Source: Heteronotia binoei
Lineage: Eukaryota
Assembly (NCBI RefSeq): GCF_032191835.1
Contig: NC_083239.1
Location: 56,854,001-56,918,000, forward strand
Direction of reading: 5' to 3'
Length of the DNA: 64,000 nt
Shown here: positions 34,310 to 46,400 of the stretch, piece after piece
Layout of the letters: every line of letters starts with the position of its first letter
Position numbering within the stretch: position 1 is the first letter of the stretch
Program-made: the position numbers and the translations under genes
The notes under the pieces: generated by a model
Seen by the model: only the letters and a program-made list of their open reading frames with translations
Databases searched by the model: none
What the model was told of the DNA's origin: nothing

Positions 34310-37300
34310 CCGCGCCCCCAGCACCCAGAAGACGGAGCACCCCTGCCCCACACGGGAGACCATGAGAGAAGCCACGTTGGATCAGCCCGGCGGCCCCTCC
34401 AGACCGACACTCTCTGCCCCCCCAGAAGCACCAAGACATACAGAGCACGCCTGCCCCACACTAGGAATGTAAGAGAAGCCACGTTGGATAAGCCCACTGG
34501 CCACTCCAGTACAACACACTGCCCCCCAAGCACCAAGACATACAGAGCACCCCTGCCCCACACTAGGAATGTAAGAGAAGCCACGTTGGATAAGCCCACT
34601 GGCCACTCCAGTACAACACACTGCCCCCCCAAGCACCAAGACATACAGAGCACGCCTGCCCCACACTAGGAACATAAGTGAAGCCACGTTGGATCAGCCT
34701 AGTAGCCCCTCTAGTACAATACTCTCTGCCCCCGCCCCCAAGCACCAAGACATACAGAGCACCTCTGCCCCACACTAGGAACATAAGTGAAGCCACGTTG
34801 GATAAGCCCACTGACCCCTCCAGTAAGTGAAGCCACGCCTGCCCCACACTAGGAACATAAGTGAAGCCACGTTGGATCAGTCCAGTGGCCCCTCCAGTAC
34901 AACACTCTGCCCCCTCCCCCAAGCACGAAGACATACAGAGCACCCCTGCCCCACACTAGGAATGTAAGAGAGGCCATGTTGGATCACCCCAGTGGCCCCT
35001 CCAGTTGAATTCTCTGCCCCCCCAAACACCAAGACATACAAAGCACCCCTGCCCCACACTAGGAATGCAAGAGAAGCCACGTTGGATAAGCCCACTGGCC
35101 ACTCCAGTACAACACTCTCTGCCCTCCAAGCACCAAGACATACAGAGCACGCCTGCCCCACACTAGGAATGTAAGAGAAGCTACGTTGGATAAGCCCACT
35201 GGCCCCTCCAGTACAACACTCTGCCCCCTCTCCCAAGCACGAAGACATACAGAGCACCCCTGCCCCACACTAGGAATGTAAGAGAAGCTACGTTGGATAA
35301 GCCCACTGGCCCCTCTAGTACAACACTCTCTGCCCCCCCAAGCACCAAGACATACAGAGCACCCCTGCCCCACACTAGGAATGTAAGAGAAGCCACGTTG
35401 GATCAGTCCAGTGGCCCCTCCAGTACAACACTCTGCCCCCTCTCCCAAGCACGAAGACATACAGAGCACCCCTGCCCCACACTAGGAATGTAAGAGAAGC
35501 TACGTTGGATAAGCCCACTGGCCCCTCTAGTACAACACTCTCTGCCCCCCCAAGCACCAAGACATACAGAGCACCCCTGCCCCACACTAGGAACATAAGT
35601 GAAGCCACGTTGGATAAGCCCACTGGCCACTCCAGTACAACACACTGCCCCCCAAGCACCAAGACATACAGAGCACGCCTGCCCCACACTAGGAACATAA
35701 GTGAAGCCACGTTGGATCAGCCTAGTAGCCCCTCTAGTACAATACTCTCTGCCCCCGCCCCCAAGCACCAAGACATACAGAGCACCTCTGCCCCACACTA
35801 GGAACATAAGTGAAGCCACGTTGGATAAGCCCACTGACCCCTCCAGTACAACACTCTCTGCCCCCCCAAGCACCAAGACATACAGAGCACTCCTGCCCCA
35901 CACTAGGAATGTAAGAGAAGCCACGTTGGATAAGCCCACTGGCCACTCCAGTACAACACACTGCCCCCCAAGCACCAAGACATACAGAGCACCCCTGCCC
36001 CACACTAGGAATGTAAGAGAAGCCACGTTGGATAAGCCCACTGGCCACTCCAGTACAACACACTGCCCCCCCAAGCACCAAGACATACAGAGCACGCCTG
36101 CCCCACACTAGGAACATAAGTGAAGCCACGTTGGATCAGCCTAGTAGCCCCTCTAGTACAATACTCTCTGCCCCCGCCCCCAAGCACCAAGACATACAGA
36201 GCACCTCTGCCCCACACTAGGAACATAAGTGAAGCCACGTTGGATAAGCCCACTGACCCCTCCAGTACAACACTCTCTGCCCCCCCAAGCACCAAGACAT
36301 ACAGAGCACTCCTGCCCCACACTAGGAACATAAGTGAAGCCACGTTGGATAAGCCCACTGGCCACTCCAGTACAACACTCTGCCCCCCCAAGTACCAAGA
36401 CATACAAAGCAACCCCGCCCCACACTAGGAATGTAAGAGAAGCCACGTTGGATAAGCCCACTGGCCACTCCAGTACAACACACTGCCCCCCCAAGCACCA
36501 AGACATACAGAGCACCCCTTCCCCAAACTAGGAACATAAGTGAAGCCACGTTGGATAAGCCCACTGACCCCTCCAGTACAACACTCTCTGCCCCCCCTCC
36601 AAGCACCAAGACATATAGAGCACTCCTGCCCCACACTAGGAATGTAAGAGAGGCCATGTTGGATCACCCCAGTGGCCCCTCCAGTACAACACTCTCTGCC
36701 CCCCCAAGCACCAAGACATACAGAGCACCCCTGCCCCACACTAGGAATGTAAGAGAAGCCACGTTGGATAAGCCCACTGGCCACTCCAGTACAACACACT
36801 GCCCCCCCCAAGCACCAAGACATACAGAGCACGCCTGCCCCACACTAGGAATGTAAGAGAAGCCACGTTGGATAAGCCCACTGGCCACTCCAGTACAACA
36901 CACTGCCCCCCCAAGTACCAAGACATACAAAGCAACCCCGCCCCACACTAGGAATGTAAGAGAAGCCACGTTGGATAAGTCCACTGGCCACTCCAGTACA
37001 ACACTCTCTGCCCCCCCAAGCACGAAGACATACAAAGCACCCCTGCCCCACACTAGGAATGTAAGAGAAGCCACGTTGGATCAGCCCAGTGGCCCCTCCA
37101 GTACAACACTCTCTGCACCCCAAGCACCAAGACATACAGAGCACGCGTGCCCCACACTAGGAATGTAAGAGAAGCCGCATTGGGTAAGCCCACTGGCCCC
37201 TCCAGTCCAACACTCTCTGCCCCCCCCAAGCACCAAGACATATAGAGCACCCCTGCCCCACACTAGGGAGGCCATGTTGGATCACCCCAGTGGCCCCTCC

Positions 37301-40300
37301 AGTACAACACTCTCTGCCCCCCAAGCACCAAGACATACAGAGCACCCCTGCCCCACAGTAGGAACATAAGGGAAGCCACGTTGGATAAGCCCACTGGCCA
37401 CTCCAGTACAACACTCTGCCCCCCCAAGTACCAAGACATACAAAGCACCCCCGCCCCACACTAGGAATGTAAGAGAAGCCACGTTGGATAAGCCCACTGG
37501 CCACTCCAGTACAACACTCTCTGCCCCCCCAAGCACCAAGACATACAGAGCACGCCTGCCCCACACTAGGAACATAAGTGAAGCCACGTTGGATCAGCCC
37601 AGTGGCCCCTCCAGTCCAACACTCTCTGCCCCCCACGCACCAAGACCTACAGAGCACCCCTGCCCCACACTAGGAACATAAGTGAAGCCACGTTGGATAA
37701 GCCCACTGACCCCTCCAGTACAACACTCTCTGCCCCCCCAAGCACCAAGGCATACAGAGCAGGCCTGCCCCACACTAGCAATGTAAGAGAAGCCACGTTG
37801 GATAAGCCCACTGGCCACTCCAGTACAACACACTGCCCCCCAAGCACCAAGACATACAGAGCACCCCTGCCCCACAGTAGGAACATAAGGGAAGCCACGT
37901 TGGATAAGCCCACTGGCCTCTCCAGTACAACACTCTGCCCCCCCAAGTACCAAGACATACAAAGCACCCCCGCCCCACACTAGGAATGTAAGAGAAGCCA
38001 CGTTGGATAAGCCCACTGGCCACTCCAGTCCAACACACTGCCCCCCAAGCACCAAGACATATAGAGCACCCCTGCCCCACACTAGGAACATAAGTGAAGC
38101 CACGTTGGATAAGCCCACTGACCCCTCCAGTACAACACTCTCTGCCCCCCCAAGCACCAAGACATACAGAGCACTCCTGCCCCACACTAGGAATGTAAGA
38201 GAAGCCACGTTGGATAAGCCCACTGGCCACTCCAGTACAACACACTGCCCCCCAAGCACCAAGACATACAGAGCACCCCTGCCCCACAGTAGGAACATAA
38301 GGGAAGCCACGTTGGATAAGCCCACTGGCCTCTCCAGTACAACACTCTGCCCCCCCAAGTACCAAGACATACAAAGCACCCCCGCCCCACACTAGGAATG
38401 TAAGAGAAGCCACGTTGGATAAGCCCACTGGCCACTCCAGTCCAACACACTGCCCCCCAAGCACCAAGACATACAGAGCACCCCTGCCCCACAGTAGGAA
38501 CATAAGGGAAGCCACGTTGGATAAGCCCACTGGCCTCTCCAGTACAACACTCTGCCCCCCCAAGTACCAAGACATGCAAAGCACCCCCGCCCCACACTAG
38601 GAATGTAAGAGAAGCCACGTTGGATAAGCCCACTGGCCCCTCCAGTACAACACACTGCCCCCCCAAGCACCAAGACATACAGAGCACGCCTGCCCCACAC
38701 TAGGAATGTAAGAGAAGCCACGTTGGATAAGCCCACTGGCCTCTCCAGTACAACACTCTGCCCCCCCAAGTACCAAGACATACAAAGCACCCCCGCCCCA
38801 CACTAGGAATGTAAGAGAAGCCACGTTGGATAAGCCCACTGGCCCCTCCAGTACAACACACTGCCCCCCCAAGCACCAAGACATACAGAGCACCCCTGCC
38901 CCACACTAGGGAGGCCATGTTGGATCACCCCAGTGGCCCCTCCAGTACAACACTCTCTGCCCCCCAAGCACCAAGACATACAGAGCACCCCTGCCCCACA
39001 CTAGGAACAAGAGAAGCCATGTTGGATCAGGTCAGTGGCCCCTCCAGTGCAATACTCTCTGCTCCCCCAAGCACCAAGACATATAGAGCACCCCTGCCCC
39101 ACACTAGGAATGTAAGAGAGGCCATGTTGGATCACCCCAGTGAACCCTCCAGTACAACACTCTACCCCCCAAGCACCAAGACATACAGAGCACGCCTGCC
39201 CCACACTAGGAACATAAGGGAAGCCACTTTGGATAAGCCCACTGGCCCCTCCAGTTGAACACTCTCTGCCCCCCCAACCACCAAGACATATAGAGCACCC
39301 CTGCCCCACACTAGGAATGTAAGAGAGGCCATGTTGGATCACCCCAGTGAACCCTCCAGTACAACACTCTACCCCCCAAGCACCAAGACATACAGAGCAC
39401 GCCTGCCCTACACTAGGAAATTAAAGGAAGCCACGTTGGATAAGCCCACTGGCCCCTCCAGTTGAACACTCTCTGCCCCCCCCAACCACCAAGACATATA
39501 GAGCACCCCTGCCCCACACTAGGAATGTAAGAGAGGCCATGTTGGATCACCCCAGTGAACCCTCCAGTACAACACTCTACCCCCCCAAGCACCAAGACAT
39601 ACAGAGCACCCCTGCCCCACACTAGGAAATTAAAAGAAGCCACGTTGGATAAGCCCACTGGCCCCTCCAGTTGAACACTCTCTGCCCCCCCCCAACCACC
39701 GAGACATATAGAGCACCCCTGCCCCACACTAGGAATGTAAGAGAGGCCATGTTGGATCACCCCAGTGAACCCTCCAGTACAACACTCTGCCCCCCAAGCA
39801 CCAAGACATACAGAGCACCCCTGCCCCACACTAGGAACATAAGTGAAGCCACGTTGGATCAACCCAGTGGCCCCTCCAGTCCAACACTTTCTGCCCCCCA
39901 AGCACCAAGACATACAGAGCACCCCTGCCCCACACTAGGAACATAAGTGAAGCCACGTTGGATCAACCCAGTGGCCCCTCCAGGCCCACACTCTCTGCCC
40001 CCCAAGCACCAAGACATACAGAGCACCCCTGCCCCACACTAGGAACATAAGTGAAGCCACGTTGGATCAACCCAGTGGCCCCTCCAGTCCAACACTCTCT
40101 GGCCCCCACGCACCAAGACATACAGAGCACCCCTGCCCCGCACTAGGAACAAGAGAAGCCATGTTGGATCAGGTTAGTGGCCCCTCCAGTGCAATACTCT
40201 CTGCTCCCCCAAGCGCCAAGACATACAGAGCACCCCCGCCCCACACTAGGAACATAAGTGAAGCCATGTTGGATCAGCCCAGTGGCCCCTCCAGTACAAC

Positions 40301-42365
40301 GCTCTCTGCCCCCCCACGCACCAAGACATACAGAGCACCCCTGCCCCGCACTAGGAACATAAGGGAAGCCACTTTGGATAAGCCCACTGGCCACTCCAGT
40401 ACAACACTCTGCCCCCCAAGCACCAAGACCTATAGAGCACGCCTGCCCCACACTAGGAATGTAAGAGAAGCCGCATTGGATAAGCCCACTGCCCACTCTA
40501 GTACAACACTCTCTGCCCTCCAAGCACCAAGACATACAGAGCACGCCTGCCCCACACTAGGAACATAAGAGAGGCCATGTTGGATCACCCCAGTGACCCC
40601 TCCAGTCCAACACTTTCTGCCCCCCAAGCACCAAGACATACAGAGCACCTCTGCCCCACACTAGGAACATAAGAGAGGCCATGTTGGATCACCCCAGTGA
40701 CCTCTCCAGTCCAACACTCTCTGCCCCCTCAAGCACCAAGACATACAGAGCACCGCTGCCCCACACTAGGAAATTAAAGGAAGCCATGTTGGATCAGCTC
40801 AGTGGCCCCTCCAGTCCAACACTCTCTGCCCCCTCCCCCAAGCACCAAGACATACAGAGCACCCCTGCCCCACACTAGGAAATTAAAAGAAGCCACGTTG
40901 GATAAGCCCACTGGCCCCTCTAGTACAACACTCTCTGCCCCCCCAAGCACCAAGACATACAGAGCACCCCTGCCCCACACTAGGAACATAAGTGAAGCCA
41001 CGTTGGATCAACCCAGTGGCCCCTCCAGGCCCACACTCTCTGCCCCCCAAGCACCAAGACATACAGAGCACCCCTGCCCCACACTAGGAACAAGAGAAGC
41101 CATGTTGGATCAGGTCAGTGGCCCCTCCAGTGCAATACTCTCTGCTCCCCCAAGCGCCAAGACATACAGAGCACCCCTGCCCCACACTAGGAACATAAGT
41201 GAAGCCACGTTGGATCAACCCAGTGGCCCCTCCAGTCCAACACTCTCTGCCCCCCAAGCACCAAGACAAACAGAGCACCCCTGCCCCACACTAGGAACAT
41301 AAGTGAAGCCATGTTGGATCACCCCAGTGGCCCCTCCAGTCCAACACTCTCTGCCCCCCCAAGCACCAAGACATACAGAGCACCCCTGCCCCACACTAGG
41401 AAATTAAAAGAAGCCACGTTGGATAAGCCCACTGGCCCCTCTAGTACAACACTCTCTGCCCCCCCAAGCACCAAGACATACAGAGCACCCCTGCCCCACA
41501 CTAGGAACATAAGTGAAGCCACGTTGGATCAACCCAGTGGCCCCTCCAGGCCCACACTCTCTGCCCCCCAAGCACCAAGACATACAGAGCACCCCTGCCC
41601 CACACTAGGAACAAGAGAAGCCATGTTGGATCAGGTCAGTGGCCCCTCCAGTGCAATACTCTCTGCTCCCCCAAGCGCCAAGACATACAGAGCACCCCTG
41701 CCCCACACTAGGAACATAAGTGAAGCCACGTTGGATCAACCCAGTGGCCCCTCCAGTCCAACACTCTCTGCCCCCCAAGCACCAAGACAAACAGAGCACC
41801 CCTGCCCCACACTAGGAACATAAGTGAAGCCATGTTGGATCACCCCAGTGGCCCCTCCAGTCCAACACTCTCTGCCCCCCCCAAGCACCAAGACATACAG
41901 AGCACCCCTGCCCCACACTAGGAACAAGAGAAGCCATGTTGGATCAGGTCAGTGGCCCCTCCAGTGCAATACTCTCTGCTCCCCCAAGCACCAAGACATA
42001 CAAAGCCCTCGTGCCCCACACTAGGAACATAAGAGAAGCCATGTTGGATCAGCCCAATGGCCCCTCCAGTCCAACACTCTGTACATACAGTGGCCAGTAA
42101 ACCCAGGGGCCCCCAAGAGGTCCATCAGTGGGGCCAGGACACTAGAAGTCCTCCCACTGTGCCCCCTAAGCACCCAGAAGACAGAGCATGCCTGCCCCAG
42201 ATGTAAGACCATGAGAGAAGCCATGTTGGATCAGCCCAGTGGCCTCTCCAGTCCAACACTCTCTGCCCCCCCAAGCACCAAGACATACAGAGCATCCCTG
42301 CCCCACACTAGGAACATAACTGAAGCCATGTTGGATCAGCCCAGTGGCCCCTCCAGTCCAACACT
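34310..42365. repeat. About 8-kb minisatellite, about 104-bp unit (roughly 75 copies), derived from the CR1 3'UTR
   Basis: Unit ctaggaatgtaagagaagccacgttggataagcccactggccactccagtacaacactctctgccccccaagcaccaagacatacagagcacccctgccccaca. Both halves match CR1 3'UTR segments elsewhere in the window (21775-21845; reverse complement of 51800-51840 and 53040-53098). Confidence 0.95.
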
Positions 42366-42549
42366 CTTCCAAACCCAGGGGCTATCAGGAGGTGTATTGT
42401 GTGTTTGTGGGGGAGAACTCTAGAAACCCTCGCACTGTCCCACGCCCCCGAGCACCAAGAGGACAGAGCATCCGTGGTCCAGACATGATTTATTTCTTTA
42501 CTGGTCTTGCTTCAGTTCTGGCGGATTGGGACCTAGGTTGGGGTTTGAG

Positions 42550-43089
42550 CAATCTAACAAACGAAATGAGACCTTGCTGGGCTGGGCCATGTGTGTAGCT
42601 ATTTAAAATTAGGTCGCATAGATATAAACGTTATAAAGAACATGCACAAACATAATTAAATATATATAAACCTGCTTAAAACATTAGCATTCATTGTTCT
42701 TAAAGGTGCTTTCTTTGTATTTCTTTCCTGGGATCCAGGGAACTGGGCGAAGGAAGCTCTGGCTCTTTCCTTCCTTCCCCGGGGGATAAGAAGGGGGAGG
42801 AGCCTCAGCCAACAGAAGGAGGAAAGACTTGGCTCAGTAGCTCTGCTGTGCAATTGAGAGTCTGGCAAAGCAAGCTCTGCGTCCCCCCCTTCCTCCCCAA
42901 GGGAGGAATCTCAGGAGATTGAGAAAAGAGGTTTTGCTCTGTAGCACCTGCGCGATTGAAGAAACCTTGCAAAGCAAGCTGTGCAGCAGAAGGAAGCAAG
43001 AGAAAGGGAGAAGCAAGCGGGCGACACCAGTTGCTGGCGGGGGAGGCGGGGGCGGATGGGGCCCTCGGGCCGCATGGTTGACACCCCTG
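42550..43089. mobile_element. Partial hAT MITE, same family as 5793-6383, opposite orientation
   Basis: TIR GGTTGACACCCCTG at 43076-43089; shared internal sequence (aaaggtgctttctttgtat...ctgggatccagggaactggg). Confidence 0.7.
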
Positions 43090-43284
43090 CTGCGCGTGTA
43101 GACCTTGAGACTCATGGCCGCTGGGGGGGGCCTGTGCCCCTATGCTGCTCCCGCCCCCCTGGGAGCGGTCTGTGCCTGTGGGGCTCTTTTGGGGGGCGGG
43201 GAGGCTGCTGCGGGGTTGCAGGGAGCGCCCAGCCGGGTCTCCCTCCTCCCAGGGCCCGCCCCGTCCAAGGTTCCCCCTCCCCTC

Positions 43285-43345
43285 TCCGGGCGGGGCGGGG
43301 CCGGGGGCGGGGCCAGCGGAGGAAGCGGAAGCGGCGCCCACGTGG
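43285..43345 (+). promoter_or_regulatory. Proximal CCDC9 promoter (GC boxes, tandem ETS/GABP GGAAG motifs)
   Basis: GGGGCGGGGC twice, then GGAGGAAGCGGAAGCGGCG, about 80 bp upstream of the ATG micro-exon. Confidence 0.55.
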
Positions 43346-43414
43346 GGAGGGGGCGGACTGGAGGCGCTTCCTGCTTCTCCTGGGGGGGGTCCGCGCAGAG
43401 CCCCCGCGGGAAGG

Positions 43415-46400
43415 ATGGTGAGGAGGGGGAGGGGAGGGGGGAGGGGGCAGCCCGGCCCGAGAGCCCCCCCGCCCCCCCGCGTGCTGCTCTCACCCCCTCC
43501 CCTCCCCCTCCCCCCTGCAGTCGGCGGCGCTGAAGTCCAAGGAGGAGAAGGACGCCGAGCTGGACAAGCGCATCGAGGCCCTGCGGCGCAAGAACCAGGC
43601 GCTCATCAAGCGCTACCAGGTGCGCCCCCCTCCCTCCCCTCCCCGCCCGGCCCGGGTGTGGGGCGTCCGCCCTGCTTCATCTGGCTTCCCCCCCCCCTTT
43701 CCCCGCAGGAGATCGAGGAGGACCGCAGGAAGGCCGAGCAGGAAGGCATCGCTGTGACCGCCGCGCCCCGCAGAGGCCCCCCTCCCGCCGAGGGCCCGAG
43801 GCACGCGGAGACCCTGACGGTGCAGGTCGTGCTGGCCCCGGAAGTGAGCAGGGGCAGGGGGGAGGGAACGCTCCCTTGCAGGCTCAGGGAAGTGGGCTCA
43901 GCGGCCAGGGCTTCTGCTCTTTCCCCCCTCCAGGAAAAGCGCGTGGTGAGCAACGAGCGGAAACCCCCTCCCTCCCACCGAGTGTCACGCAGCAACCCAA
44001 ACGCCCGGGGCTCGGTCCGTGGAGGGGTCGGTCCACACAGGATCTCCCCACGGGCAGAACGCCTCCCAGAACAGCCTGGCTCGGAAGGGGCTGAGGGAGA
44101 CGGCGTGGGGGTCAGCAAGCGGGGACGAGGAGGCTGGAGGCCACGAGGAGGCCCTGCAGGAGACGCTGCACCAGACAGGAGATCCAAGGTGAGGCCCCCG
44201 CCTGGAGCAAATGCTGCACAGCCAGCCAGCCAGAAAAGGACTCCTTCCAAAGTTTTCTCCCCTCTCCAGGAATGGGAAGAGCGCCGGCGGCAAAACATCG
44301 AGAAGATGAACGAGGAGATGGAAAAGATTGCGGAGTATGAGCGGAGCCAGCGAGTGAGTCTTGGGCCCTGAGACAAACGGGTTTTCCCCCTGTCCGCGGT
44401 CCCTGGGGACACAACAAGTGCACTCCCCCTCCCCCTGCCGTTTCCAGGCTCCCCACAGGGCGGGCTGGACCCCTGGGTGGGGGGAGTCTCTTCTCCCCCC
44501 CACGCGCCTTCTTGGGCTTTTGGCTGCTCCGCAGGATGGGCTGCAAGAGAAGAACCCCGTGCGCAACTTCTTGGACGACCCCCGGCGCAGTGGCCCCTTC
44601 ACAGAGTCGGACCGGCGGGAGGGCAGCCGGCGCCACACCCGCAACTGGGGGGGAGCAGACTTTGACAAGGTCAAGGCTGGGATGGAGCAAGGCAAGGCGT
44701 GGCCCCCTCCGGTATGCGCTGGGAAGGGGTCTGGCAACATGGGTGGGGGTGGGGGGTGGCTCTGCAACTGCTCTCCAGAGCCCTTTCCCTGGTGAGGAGG
44801 AGGGGAGTCATTCTTTTCTTGCTGTCAAAGCTGAAGGCAGAAGAAGCGTGGAGGCGGCTTGCCCTTGGTTGCCTCTGCTCTGTACAGCAGCCCTGGGCTT
44901 CGGGGGGGGGGGGCGGAGGGGTCTCTTGTCCAAATTCTTAGGGCTAATCCTTCTGGGCTTTCCAGGCCTGAGGGGGTCCAGCTGGCCTTTCAGGGGCAGG
45001 TGTGGCCAGAAGGCCCCCCTCCCCGTCCTCACCTGCGTCTGCCTCCCTCCAGGGCCGTGGTGGTGGCGGTGGCCGGCGGAGGGAGGAGGAGGGGGCCATG
45101 GACATGACGCTCTCCATGACGGGCCGGGAGCGGGCCGAATACATCCGCTGGAAGCAGGAGCGGGAGCAGATCGACCGGGAGCGCCTGGCCCGGCACCGGC
45201 AGGCCACAGGCGAGTGGCGCCGAGAGTGGGACGCCGAGAAGATGGACACCATGTAGGGGCCTGAGGCAGGAGGGGGGGGAGCACTGGCTGGACGGATGGC
45301 TGCGGGGCGGGCTCTGTGAAGGGAGGGGGGGTAGGCAGCGCTGCTGAAAGCTTCCACTGGCCACAGGGCTTCCTGGGGGCTCCTTTGCACAGAATCTTTT
45401 CTCCCCCCCCCCCCCCTTGGTTGCAGGTTTAAGGAGGGAGCCAAGGCTGGAGGGCCACCGGGCAGCAAGCAGGGTGAGGACAGCCCTGGGAGACGTTGGG
45501 GGGGCTGGCACGGGGGGAGGTGCCCTGGGGGAACTGCTCAGTAGAGTGGCCATTTCTGGAGAGACGCGGGGGGTGGAACTGTCCGGGGGGGGGGACGGGA
45601 CCCTGTGCACATGCCAAGGGGCAGGCGGGTGCTGCCGGGGGGATGGTCAGCCAGCCCCTGACGGGCTGCTTCTGGATGCTGGTGGGGCCGCTGGCTGGGA
45701 GGCAGAGAGGGACTAAAGCCTGTCTGCCTCCTCCTCTCTCAGATGAGTCTAGGCGCCCCCCCAAGTTGCCCACCCTCGGGGCCTTCCTGCCGGAACCCCG
45801 GCGGCCAGAGCGGCGCAGGAAGGGCAGAGGGCGTGGGTACGCACGGGGCACCCCCAGCAAGCCATACAGGTGAGGCAGGGGGGAGGGGCAACCGAGGGGA
45901 GGGCTGGCATTTCCTGGGGGGCTCCCACCCCACGCCTCGCCCTGCCCTGCTGTCTCTGAGCCAGGCTCAGGGTAGGTCTGATGGTGGACTCCACCTGTCC
46001 CCTCCAGCATGCATGACAATCGCTGGGAGAAGGAGGAGGAGGAGGAGCTGGATCCAGCCCGCCCGGTTGAGGTGAAGTCTGGTGCAGCCTCAGCACAGCA
46101 GGTGAGGCAGACCGGGGGGCTGCTTCTTCTGCCATTCCCATTGCAAACGCTGTTTGGGTCCCGAGGACACAGAGGGGGCTCTGGGCCTAGCGCTCGACAG
46201 TGTGGCCTGAGGCTGTGCTGGGACCCAGATGACCCCCCACCCTGCGTGCTCCGCGTTGACCTCTTGCCCCACTGTCCCTTCCCCAGGAGGAGCCGCCTGC
46301 CTTGCCCGCCTCGACCCACGCGGGGGGGCCGCCTGAGGAGGACGAAGACCAGTGGGAGGACGTGAGTGAGGGGGAGGAGGAGGAGGAGGAAGGCAGCCTC

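Noticed and set aside
30168-34472. Many 250-400 aa ORFs on both strands in the CpG island
   Set aside because: These are shadow ORFs expected at very high GC. Only the spliced BBC3 frame has homology; the ATG-34077 segment is kept as a tentative finding.
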